In this document: one piece after another, positions 44,644-56,282 of the stretch
Position numbering within the stretch: the stretch's first letter is position 1
Layout of the letters: each line of letters starts with the position of its first letter
Source: Octopus vulgaris
Taxonomy: Eukaryota
Direction of reading: 5' to 3'
DNA length: 64,000 nt
Assembly: GCA_951406725.2 (NCBI GenBank)
Contig: OX597815.1
Location: 137,330,001 to 137,394,000, forward strand
Program-made: the position numbers and the translations under genes
Notes under the pieces: generated by a model
The model's database searches: none
What the model saw: only the letters and a program-made list of their open reading frames with translations
Told to the model about the DNA's origin: nothing

Positions 44644-44825
44644 TCAAAAAATACCTTAGGAATGAGAACCCAGGTTCGAAATTTCCCCAAGACTCCTGAT
44701 GAATGCTGGAGAGTATATCAGCCGAAACGTTGTGTTAACAACAAACAAGATGAGGACAAATATCCGTCAAATGTAAATAATGTAAATAATGTACATAATT
44801 CCTCATCTCTTAAATATAGGACTGT
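44527..44825 (+). mobile_element. tRNA-headed short element carrying a hammerhead ribozyme
   Basis: A-box TGGCGTAGTTG, B-box GAGTTCGATTCC, (AAT)n spacer, hammerhead at 44691-44736, 3' IR agatgagga/tcctcatct; TA-rich flanks. Confidence 0.7.
44691..44736 (+). ncRNA. Minimal type-I hammerhead ribozyme
   Basis: gacuc CUGAUGA a ugcugg..ucagcc GAAA cg UU guguu. Confidence 0.55.
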
Positions 44826-45004
44826 ATATTATATATACATGTGTGTGTGCGTGTGTGTACATATGTATATAGATATGTATATAGATATGTATATATATAT
44901 ATATATATATAGTGTAATAAATAAAATATATGCATACATACAAACATATATGTACGTACCTACATCTCTACATGTATATATACATGCATATATAAATATA
45001 TATA

Positions 45005-45540
45005 CGTAGTTACAGGACACCACAAATGGACGTAGAACTCAACAGAAACGAAAACGGAAAAGCCATTTTTTTTACAACAGAAAAACAGAGACGTGGAACT
45101 GGACGAGAACGAAAACGGGAAAAACATTATTTTGCAACAGAAAAACAGAGTACAGGACATGCTACACAAGGAAAAATCCCCAATCATCAGCTGTCGCTAG
45201 TAGACTTAAACTTCGAAGGCAAGACAGGACACGACTCGTTAATACCAGGCCTTCCTCCGAGAGAATTAAAATAAAATAACCTCGCAGAGGGGTAAAACAA
45301 GCACGAAAAAAATGTAACACAAACAGGACGTAACAATAAAACTACACAATAAAATACAAGATAAAAATACATGTACAAGAAAATACAAAACGAGAAATAA
45401 AAAGAAAATACAATACGAGAAATCAAAATAAACAAGAAAACAAACGAAAAAGGCCTTTTTTCTGGCTGGGACGGAAGAGGTATCTAGCAGCGCATGGAAA
45501 CATGACTTTACGGTTCGAAGGCAGCGTGCAAAAAGGAGGC
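45005..45540 (-). repeat. Longest copy of the TA-tailed T-rich repeat family
   Basis: Collinear in reverse with 42300-42660. Confidence 0.65.
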
Positions 45541-45990
45541 CAAAGTAGAAGTCTCTTGCCCAAGGTGCCACGCAGCGGAACTGAACCCGTAATCATGTGG
45601 GACGGAAGCATACTTCTTATCATACAGCCACGCCTGACGTTGTATCAACCTGTACTGAACAATCGTTCGATTAATGTTCTACAGTTTTATATGTAACTAT
45701 ACACAGAAGTAAGCAGCACAAATACAGACGTGTGACTGTGTGTGTGGTCCTTAGACTTAATGATGGGTGTTAATCTTATTCTCGTGAATCTACACCTGAT
45801 AAATTAGGTGGTTCCTTAGGTACCTATACCTGAGTCCATTCTGTTAGAAGCTAGGTGTCTATATTCTTCCGCACTACTTCCCTCTGTCAGTTTTGGGTGC
45901 ACTAGAAAGTATTATAGGTACTATATTTTTGCACCTACCTAAACGAATAATATCTTTCCTCCATTCTCCCCTTTCACCACATACATACAA

Positions 45991-46038
<48 letters not shown>

Positions 46039-46039
<1 letters not shown>

Positions 46040-46229
46040 CGACTAAGGGCGTCAAGACACCTACACTGCTAAAACATAACAGCTAAAATGCACTAATGTT
46101 GTAGCGAAAGTGCATAACTGTATACATATATGCTCACGGGGGCATATATGTATAGAATTATGTACTAAAACGCATTAGAGCATTTTAGCTTTTATTTCTA
46201 GCAGCGCTTGTCTTGACACCCTTATTCGC
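46039..46229. mobile_element. ~190-bp near-palindromic MITE
   Basis: gcgactaagggcgtcaagaca..tatacatatatgc / gcatatatgtata..tgtcttgacacccttattcgc. Confidence 0.85.
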
Positions 46230-46323
46230 ATCTAGTGACAATTATATTTTTCCTTTAGGGTAACACATAGAGCATGACTGTTTATATTAATTTGTGTGTG
46301 TGTATATATATATATATATATGC

Positions 46324-46363
<40 letters not shown>

Positions 46364-46469
46364 CCACACGCGTTTGTTAACTTCTAGTGAATCTACAGAA
46401 CTGTTTATTTCTTTTAAAGAATCTTTAATTTAAGAAAATATTTCTTCATATGTGCGTATGTGTTTAAAA

Positions 46470-46522
<53 letters not shown>

Positions 46523-46529
<7 letters not shown>

Positions 46530-46812
46530 ATCACGTGACCGACTAGTCCATCAGATGTAGTTACACATCGCTGGTCACAATGCGTTCGCATTGTTTTAGC
46601 CTTCGAATGACGCCACCGCGCTGGCTAAACGAGCAGGCCAACAGGAGAAAGAATAGGAGAAAGAGTGGTGAAAGAGTACAGCAGGGATCACCACCCCCAG
46701 CCGGAGACTCGTGGAGCTTTTAGGTGTTTCCGCTCAATAAACACTCACAACGCCCGGTCTTGGAATCGAAACCGCGAGTCCACTGCTCTAACCACTGGGC
46801 CATTGCGTCTCC
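46523..46812 (-). mobile_element. tRNA-derived SINE (fourth family) ending in (TA)n
   Basis: Head GGAGACGCAATGGCCCAGTGGTTAGAGC..GTTTCGATTCC; 3' end GGTCACGTGATCACGTGA then (TA)n. Confidence 0.8.
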
Positions 46813-46835
46813 ACACACACACACACACCTATATG

Positions 46836-46904
<69 letters not shown>

Positions 46905-46909
46905 ATATG

Positions 46910-46952
<43 letters not shown>

Positions 46953-46969
46953 ATATATGTGTGTGTGTA

Positions 46970-47020
<51 letters not shown>

Positions 47021-47193
47021 ATAGTAAGTGGAGGGATATAATATCCAGGCAGATATCAAATTTCTCTACGTAAAATGCCAAGGCTCGTTACTTCAGATGG
47101 TGCATTTTATAATGAATTTCATTTAACTCCCATCTGATGTCAGTTTTTTTTCCTGACTACTTATATTGCAAAGTGCTGTACTTTAGACTATAT

Positions 47194-47252
<59 letters not shown>

Positions 47253-47465
47253 TATATGTATATACAAGTAAAGTTACTCGCCACATCAAAGTGGCTGTTG
47301 TATGCTACTAGTTTAACCCAAGGCAGATCTTCCACTAGCTGAATATGTGTGTGTGTGTGTGTGTGTACATTGATATATTTGCATTTATTTACCAGTAGCT
47401 ATATACATACATATATATATATATATATATACATACAAATATAGGTATTATATATTTGAGTGTAT

Positions 47466-47498
<33 letters not shown>

Positions 47499-47580
47499 CA
47501 TTATATATATATATATACTCTCTCTCCCGCGCGCGCACACACGCATACACACACTAGCTGAATATGTTTGTGTGTGTGTG

Positions 47581-47621
<41 letters not shown>

Positions 47622-48124
47622 ATATAAGCATATATGTGTCAGTGTATATGTGTGTAGATATAGATATCGGGGAAACAGACAGACACACAAAATTCTAGAA
47701 AGATAAAAAGGTAAATAGACAACTGAGATGTTTATTCTTCTTTAAATAACTGTTTTCGAACCAAACATATCATTCTGTCACACCGTCTGAAATATTTTCT
47801 CTGGAGTGGTTTCCCTTTGGCTTTGACTAAGTAAGAACGTGAACCATGGATATGCGTATGGGAAATGATGGTTTGCTAACCATATTCTTTATCTAGAGGC
47901 ATTAAACACGATAAATAGAAAGGATGTAAGCCTTCTCTTGCTTGATAAAGGAATGCATACTCACAAACGCACACGCACACGCACGTACACACATACACAT
48001 ACAAGCACACATGCACACACAAGCATTCGCACGCACATATACATATACACTTTCATAACTATATAGACAAATATGTGATTATGCGTATGCACATGAATGC
48101 ATGTCTATATGTGTATGTGCGCGA

Positions 48125-48164
<40 letters not shown>

Positions 48165-48259
48165 AAAAAGAAAGAAAGAAAAAAGGAAGAAAGAAAGACA
48201 GAAAGAAAGAAAGACAGAAAGAAAAAAGAAAGAAAGAAAAAAAGAAATACAAAACGATA

Positions 48260-51200
48260 GCCCCAGATATGATTAGCCTTGACCTTCATAAAACCAGAAA
48301 ATCTAGAAAGTTAGACTAATCTGTAGAGTGTATTGTAAACTACTAGAGTACTTCGGTGCCAGGCCACCGAAAAACAAAACCTCCACCGCCAACAACAACA
48401 ACAATTACACTTCTGGAATATACGGTGCAGTATAGTTGGATACAGATGAAATGCATGCTTTAGAGTTACCACCTAAATTCGCTACGTATAAAAAGTTCAG
48501 AAAAATTGTCTGAATAGAAAAAAACCTACTTAAAATTAAGATGGAGTTTAGGACAATACAACAATAACAACAATACAAACATACGAAACCAAAACAACAA
48601 CAATAACAAGATCGATGTTGATGACATAACAATAGTGGTAATAACAATAACAATAACAATAACAATAACCACAACATTCCCCACTTAAACAACTATAACA
48701 ACAACACAAGCATACGAAACCGACACAGCTATTATAATAACAACAATAACAATGATAATAGCATCAGAAACAATGACAACAACATCCCACATACAAACAA
48801 CAATACCAACCACATCATCCAAACCACTACCCACAACATCGCCCACAACAATAACAACAACAATAATGGGCACAATACAAGCACTACCACCACCACCAAT
48901 AGCAACAACAATGCCAGCAACTATAACAACAACAACCACAATGATAATAATACTCTACACACTATCTTCTATAACCCTAACAACAAATCTTATGACATGA
49001 CGAGGATCGACAACACAGACTTACCCTTCGACAAAAGAGTATGTATCCCACCTCAAATTGACAGTTAAAGAGAAGCAAAGATCTCCTTAGCTAGAAATAG
49101 ACTCCGACACAACTTGGACCGATACAACAAATCCACTAAAAACCATAATGATGAGGGAACCCACCAGCTCAGTTCATCTGTTGCCAAAGGTCTGCAAAAA
49201 CTGAAACAGTGGATTAGGAACAGGGAATTGGTGTGCTTTCCTACGGACAAGTCTGGTAGACTCAATAGACAGCCCACAGAACTATGTCCATACCATGCCG
49301 CAACACATCAGTAGCATGAGAGAAGTAGCACCATAGGAACATGAAAGAGTGGAAAAACTCCTCAATGCACACATGGGGATGCGTTGCAAAATATTCCAAC
49401 CTAAGAAACAGACTGCACACAATTTCCAAGCATCCAACAATGATGTTCTTACACTATATGGGTTACGCAAAGACCACAAACCCTACATAAACCCTGTCAT
49501 GGGGGTTCCCAACCTGACCAGTTTGCAGAGCGAATATCTCCAGCAATTATAGACTATCCTACTTCCTCTTACAAGTATTACGACTTCTCATAGAAATGTC
49601 CCCAGTTATCTGCGTGAACACGGAAGATCTCCTCAGTAAAATCAGTACTTTCAACCACTCCAACGACTTCACAGGATGTGTAATGGGTAGTATGGATGTG
49701 GTTTCACTCTACCCAGATTTTGCTGTGGAGTCATGCATTGAGATAATCTGTGAGAGTGAACTAGAGTTCCGTGAAGTTAACCCAAGGGAACTGAGCCTCC
49801 TCCTTAGACTAAGCTGTGACAGTGACTATTTAGACGACCATGATCTCAGTAGATTCTGCCCCATTAGGTTACAGACGGGAAGACTACTCACCATCACCTC
49901 AGCAGTGAAGAAAAACACCGCAAGCGCTGGAGTGGCTGGACTGAACCCACCCAAGACCCTGAGAACAACAATCAGGTGAAAGAAATGATTGAACATGCAA
50001 TAGGGACCAGTGTAAGAAACACTTTGAAAACCACATAGTAAAGTTTAAGAAGAAACTATACATGCAAGTTCAAGGCGCAGCAATTAGTGTCGGTGTAGCT
50101 GGAGATGTGGCCAGCCTCTTCATGACCTGGTGGAACAGAAAGCTTAAGCAATCCTTAGCAGAACAGTCCACAACTCTTCTACTCTAGAGTAGGTATGTAG
50201 ATATTATTAATGTTGTAGTTAAGACCATCTCTAGTGACGGTACTATAGAAACATAATGGAGAGAAAAGTATCCACCAAAGTATCAAGGTAACTATAGATT
50301 ATCCCACGAAGCACCCCAACAATAGACTCCTCGTCCTTGATACTAAACTTTGGTTAGAGACTGTGAACAACGGCGTGCAGCTCATCCACTCCTATTACAT
50401 GAAGCCCATAGCTTCGAAATATGTTGTTCACAAGAACTCAGCTTTGTCACACATGAAAATTAACATAATGATAGCAGACTTAGTTAGGATAATGAACAAC
50501 GTTTCCCCACTATGCAAACCCTATGAAACAAAGAAACATGTACAGAACTTCATGCACCGCATGCAGTTCTCTGGATATGATCAGAAAGATAGGGTTCGAG
50601 TATACATGGGTGCTAGAAAGAAGTTAAATAACATTATATGTAATGATACCAGTGGTACCTGCCCTAGATATAGAAGCAGAGTGGAATAGGATACAAAGAG
50701 ATTGTGACAAAGTAAACAGGGTGAACACATGGTATAAAACACTAAATATCAAGGAGTGGTATTTGTAGAGGCCACAGCCCATGGAGAACTAGCCCGTAGA
50801 TTTAGGAAAGCTCTGAAGGAGACCAAACTCAACATTAAGATTGTTGAAAAGCTAGGGAACTCCATCAGATCACAAATATGTAGGACGTACCCCTTTGAAA
50901 ATACCATATTCACCAATGATAACTGCATGGTAAGTAGGATTAGCCCTGGCATTAACTGTAGAACTAGAAATGTAGTCTACAGCATAAGATGCATAGAAGG
51001 TGCTTGTAAAAACATGAACATGACTTACACAGGGGAGGCATTTAGGAGCATTGCGGAAAGACTAAATGGACCTTTGAGACAATATGACGACAAAAACAAT
51101 CCTCCATTACTCTACCAATATGCCAAGGACCAACATGGAGGCAACCTAGGTCAATTTGACATACGCATTTTAGCCAAGCGCCCAAAGGACCCAACACTTA

Positions 51201-51268
51201 GACAAATACAGGAGTACGTTCTCATAAAAGAAACACCTCCAGTACTAAATAGGAAATGTACGTAGTAG
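48260..51268 (+). pseudogene. Decayed Penelope-like element (Naiad-like): RT plus C-terminal GIY-YIG endonuclease
   Basis: LELPPKFA, TDLPFDKRV, PTDKSGRL, GSMDVVSLYP, QGAAI, SRYVDI, YYMKPIAS, FVEAT..GELA, CRTRNVVYSIRC..YTGE..AERL..RQIQE. Frameshifted. Confidence 0.85.
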
Positions 51269-51522
51269 ATAATCACACCCCATACCCACAGTTTATATTC
51301 ATATACAGGTAGAATAGTTAGTTGACTGTTGTGTAGATAGATGTGGTGTGTATGTACATGTATGTAGGCATATGGATACGAAAGTAAACAACTAGACATA
51401 CAGACAGATAAGTACATAGGTTATATGAACAGACAAGCATACATACACAAGTGAAGACTGAAACACATGACCCTATACACACACACTTCACTTCACACAA
51501 GAACACATATGGGGACACAAGT

Positions 51523-51805
51523 CGAGAGTTAGCTTGGGAAGTTAAGCAGTTGTGGTCGATGAAAATGATTGCAGTATTACCAATAATTGTCAGATCCCTG
51601 GGAACAGTGAGCAAAAATCCCGAGAAGTACGTGGAACATATAGGAGCTGCAATAAGAGTGGAGCACTTGCAGAAAACAGCATTGCTTGGAACCGCTCGAA
51701 TACTCCGGCAGGTGCTCGAAAAATAAGAGGTGTTACCTTAGTTGACTGGTAGTGAACAGCTGACACTGTAGTACATCTCTAGCATTAGAAGCTGTGCAAA
51801 GGCAG
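51523..51805 (+). pseudogene. Dong-like RLE 3' tip plus UTR, (AAC)/(AAT)n tail
   Basis: ELAWEVKQLW..LQKTALLGTARILRQVLEK*. Confidence 0.85.
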
Positions 51806-51833
51806 CAACAACAACAACAACAACAACAATAAC

Positions 51834-51900
<67 letters not shown>

Positions 51901-51947
51901 TAAAAAAATACCTTAGGAATGGGAACCCAGGTTCGAAATTTCCCCAA

Positions 51948-51996
51948 GACGCCTGATGAAGGCTGGAGGATATATCAGCAGCCGAAACGTTGTGTT
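51948..51996 (+). ncRNA. Hammerhead ribozyme in a headless second copy (51898-52052) of the 44527 element
   Basis: gacgc CUGAUGA a ggcug..cagcc GAAA cg UU guguu; stems I and II fully paired. Confidence 0.65.
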
Positions 51997-52317
51997 AACA
52001 ACAAACAAGATGAGGACAAATATCCGTCAAATGTAAATAATGTAAATAATGTTTTCACTTCTTTATCATTTCCATCAATCAGTACTTGATAACTGTGTCG
52101 AAGGGTCTTCATCCGAAATGTCGGCATCAATCGAACTTCGGTTTTCTGAAACAGTTGAACTAACGTTAAAGTACCTACCCGGTCACTCAACCTACAAGTA
52201 ATACCAATCAAATATACCTCAAACTACACCTTTCTTAAATAAGATTACATTAGATAATACACTTCTGTATGTTACTAACATTGTAGGACACTCACTGTTT
52301 GAATGCATTAGATCATA

Positions 52318-52465
52318 GGTATTTATAGTGGCCTAGTGGTTAGGCTATGTGACTCACGATTATACGGTCATGGACTCGACTCCTAGATAGGGTGGTGTGT
52401 TGTGTCCTTGGGAAAAGCACTTTATTTCATGTTGCTCGAGTTCACTCAGTTCAAAATTGAGTTGT
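52318..52465 (+). mobile_element. Old tRNA-derived SINE (family of 18905-19120); related copy at ~58740-59030 (-)
   Basis: TGGCCTAGTGGTTAGG..gtgtccttgggaaaagcactttatttcatgttgctc. Confidence 0.7.
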
Positions 52466-53345
52466 GTCTGCCTACAAAATAGCAGTTCCCGCCGACTACT
52501 AACATCAAATCCTTCAAATCAAATGCAGGATGTCAAAGGTTATTATTGATTAACACACTGGATGTTGATGATGATGACAATGATGACGATGAGGATGATG
52601 TCAACTACGTCAGGGGTAACCAAGGTCTAAATAACAACAATATAATATCACCCCTTCTACTGCTTTCTCCCTTCCTATATCCCCGTAGTTTAGTGTTTTA
52701 TCAGGTATATGTATTTAAGTGTATGTGAACATACACACTCAGACGAACCTATACATATATACAGTTATGTCTACAATTCTTACTGCTTTATGTTTTTAGA
52801 TGTAGAAGGAAAATTGTCATTAGAATTAGGGACTAAAGAATCTGAAATGGTTCTTAAAATATATTTAAGGATTATTTTAAGATTTCCCAACATCCACAGA
52901 CGCGTTTCTGAATTTATTTTTCATCACTGCAGCCTGGCGGGTATTAAGGTCTTTCTTAATTTCTCTAATATATATGAAAGCTTAAACTGATGAGTTTTTT
53001 AAACTTTGAGGGTTTTTTTTTTTCTTCTTCTTGTACGAAAGTCTGTAACAGAATTCTTGTCGTAAAAGGGTAGCTTGGAAATTTAACGTAAGTAAATATT
53101 AAAACGTTAAGTAGTTTTATAGACAGCATAGATCACAGTATTAGGTAGAAGAAGGAATTTAAATTTACCATTTATTTTTCGGTAAGGTTCGATTGATCCA
53201 CAGAAACTGTAGACGATGAGCAATATTTAATTAATCCTTAGAGAAACTTCAAAAGAAATTTTAGGATTCTTAGTCGTTAATTCTAATTACAATTTCCTCT
53301 ATAATGCTGAAATACAAATATATATTTAGTTGTGTGTGAGTTTGT

Positions 53346-53427
<82 letters not shown>

Positions 53428-53569
53428 AATAAGATGGAATCACACATCATGCGACATAGTCACTAGAAAAACTTCGATCAACTAAGATTATTTAAGTAAT
53501 GACTAGAAAAAAAACTCTCTTTTTAAGTTGTTTATTTATGTATGTATGCATGTATGTATGTACGTACGC

Positions 53570-54300
53570 CATTACTCAGTTTTATTTCAAGATTTCTTGC
53601 GATTAAAGAGCCGGTTCCTAACCTAATTCCAAGTCTCCTTCATTAAAATTTCAACATCGACAGCATATTTGTGTGTTTGTGTGTGTGTATATATATATAT
53701 GTGCATGTGTGTGTGTGTATGTATGTATGTATGTATGTATGTATGTATGTATGTATGTATGTATACATGCAAATTTGTATGTTTAGTTTTATGTAAATAT
53801 TCCAATGGATATACTTGCGTTTCTAGACATACTCATATATACTTAAATGATAAACTTCTGGAAAGTTTTACAGATTTTTACCGTTCCAGTGATGGCTTGG
53901 ATATGTAGTTTTCGGATCAGCTTTCTCCTTTCTGCTTTTCAGAAGCCTAACATCTCAAGATTAGTATTTAGGCAGTGTGTTACATAGCCCAGTGCCCCAA
54001 TAATTACAGGTATAAAACTGAAATTGTAATCTGGATAGAATAACTGCAGATCTCTCAGTAGTTCACCGTAGGTATTCTCTTTTTCACTGATCTTCAGCTT
54101 TACGTTAACATCCGCTGGGTAGCTAATTTCCACAACTGTATACAGTTTCTCTTCTCTATTCCAAATCACTGTATCATCTCTGTTGAGCTTACTTTTTATT
54201 CGGGTGTGTTGCTATGGCTTCTACCTTACAGTGGGTTCTTATTTCTTTATCCTCTGGTTTATCCTTTGGACGGATTTCATTATATAGATGATACTGTGAT
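53570..54300 (-). pseudogene. RLE-type LINE 3' fragment bounded by (ACAT)n
   Basis: IWNREEK..VVEISYPAD..KENTYGELLRDLQ..IPVIIGALG. Confidence 0.8.
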
Positions 54301-54411
54301 ATGTATGTATGTATGTATGTATGTATGCATGTATGTATGTATGTATGTATGTATGTATGTATGTATGTATGTATGTATGTATGTATGTATGTATGTATGT
54401 ATGTATGTATG

Positions 54412-56085
54412 TAGGAACTATGGAGAATACGATGAATATTATCTCTGGCTTTGAATCCACAAATATTAAATAATCAGTTAATCTTCAAATGAAATAACTG
54501 AGAATTTTTGACTGAAACTTGACTTTACTATAAACAACATGGCTGGACTCGAAAACATTAACAACACAACTGAAAAACAGAACGAAAACATCATCACAAA
54601 AGGTAAACAAACCCTTTCTAGCTGTGTCTATTGAAGAAACCTATTTCTTTATTGCCCACAAGGGGCTAAACATAGAGGGGACAAACAAGGACAGACATAG
54701 GTATTAAGTCGATTACATCGACTCCAGTGCGTAACTGGTACTTAATTTATCGACCCCGAAAGGATGAAAGGCAAAGTCGACCTCGGCGGAATTTGAACTC
54801 ACAACGTAACGGCAGCCGAAATACCGCTAAGCATTTCGCCCGACGTGCTAACGTTTCTGCCAGCTCGCCGCCTTCAATTGAAGAAACCGTAACCACAAAC
54901 ACATTTTTCTTGGCGTTATGAACTGCATAATGATTTATTTGACTGTCATAAAATGATTTATTTAACTTTTATAAAAGAGCAAAACGAAACCTCGCTGCTG
55001 GATATATGAATAGATTGATTACAAATCTTGGTAGAAGGCCAGCAAGTTCAGCGGAGAGGTAACTGGATTACATCGACCCTAGTTCTCAAGATTAAAAACA
55101 TACTGGGACGATCTGCATCCAGAACTTTTTTTTAATAATTACTCCAAGCAACATTTGTGGAACAAAGGAAGAAAGGTGGTGAATGTAACTTCATTCAAAA
55201 TAGATATGAAATTAACTTTCTTCCAAACAGAATAAACTAAAAGTATGAACGATGTTAGGACATCACGTGGTTTCACAATTAGCGACATTCCAACCGATAC
55301 CATACTGCTTGCCAGCTAAACTACATTGCTGGCCAATGCAACAGGTCACTGTCCCTCTACTAGACTATGATAAATAGTTACAACAAAATGGCTACAACAT
55401 TTTAAAAATTTTTAGGGTTGAAGTTTGATCAAGGCAAACGTTGCTATATGGTTGTAAAAAGAAGGAAAACTAAACCAGACTAGCATCATCTCCATCAATG
55501 ACTTAAATGTTTCTCCTATACCTGATGAGAAAATGTTACAAGTACCTAAGTGTATATGAAAACATAACTTACGATGGTACCTCTGTCAAGGTACGTTCAC
55601 TAAATAATATTACAGTCAGACAAGAAAAACATGGACCTCGGAACTCTCTGCATTAAATAAAACACTGACCCACAATGTGTTTGCAGTACCAGTACTCAGA
55701 CCAACAACTGGCCTAATTGATTGGACGTTTGATGAGATCCGAGCCTAAGCACCAATCTTGAGAACGTAGACTTCTCAAACCGAAAAGGAGAAAGCTAATT
55801 AAACGATTACAGATTGAAGCCATCAATGAAACAAAAGTTTTGTAAAACTTTCCAAAAAGGTTCATATTTAAGTATATATGCGCATGTCTGGACATGCAAC
55901 TAGATGCATAAGAATACATATATAAATCAAAAATATACAAATCGACACATGCACTGACTCCAAAAACTGCACCCATACACACAAACATATACCCTGTTGA
56001 TGTTGTTGAAATTCCAATGAAAAAGGCTTGGATCTGGGTTAGAAACTGGCTATTGGCAAGAAATCTTGAAATAAAACTGAATAAT
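54412..56085 (+). pseudogene. Internally deleted RLE-type LINE of the same family, (ACAT)n tail
   Basis: GLKFDQGK, CYKYLSVYENI, WTSELSALNK..FAVPVL..LIDWT; 3' UTR similar to rc(53570-53940). Confidence 0.7.
54642..54876 (-). mobile_element. Young full-length SINE inserted in the LINE, 12-bp TSD
   Basis: ATTGAAGAAACC at 54630-54641 and 54877-54888. Confidence 0.9.
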
Positions 56086-56239
56086 AACATACATACATAC
56101 ATACATACATACATACATACATACATACATACATACATACATACATACATACATACGTACAGTTTTATATTAATTTGGACAATTACTCCTTATTTTTGAA
56201 GAGTATAAATTTATCATTCTTCGATAAGTATTGTATTGG

Positions 56240-56282
56240 CAGTGACTTCGAAGTTTCAGCCAGCTGAGCCGTCATCGGACAG
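56240..56282 (-). ncRNA. Minimal hammerhead-like ribozyme, CCGAUGA core, palindromic stem III, GUC site
   Basis: cugu CCGAUGA cggcu(cagcu)ggcug GAAA cuucgaag UC acug (the last G of stem II overlaps GAAA). Confidence 0.55.

Noticed and set aside
50756-51268. Selenocysteine recoding as reported for some Naiad elements
   Set aside because: Cysteines here are TGT/TGC; no in-frame TGA at those positions and no SECIS recognised.
51451-51726. 91-aa ORF as a gene
   Set aside because: Chimera of sequence downstream of the PLE and a Dong RLE tip.
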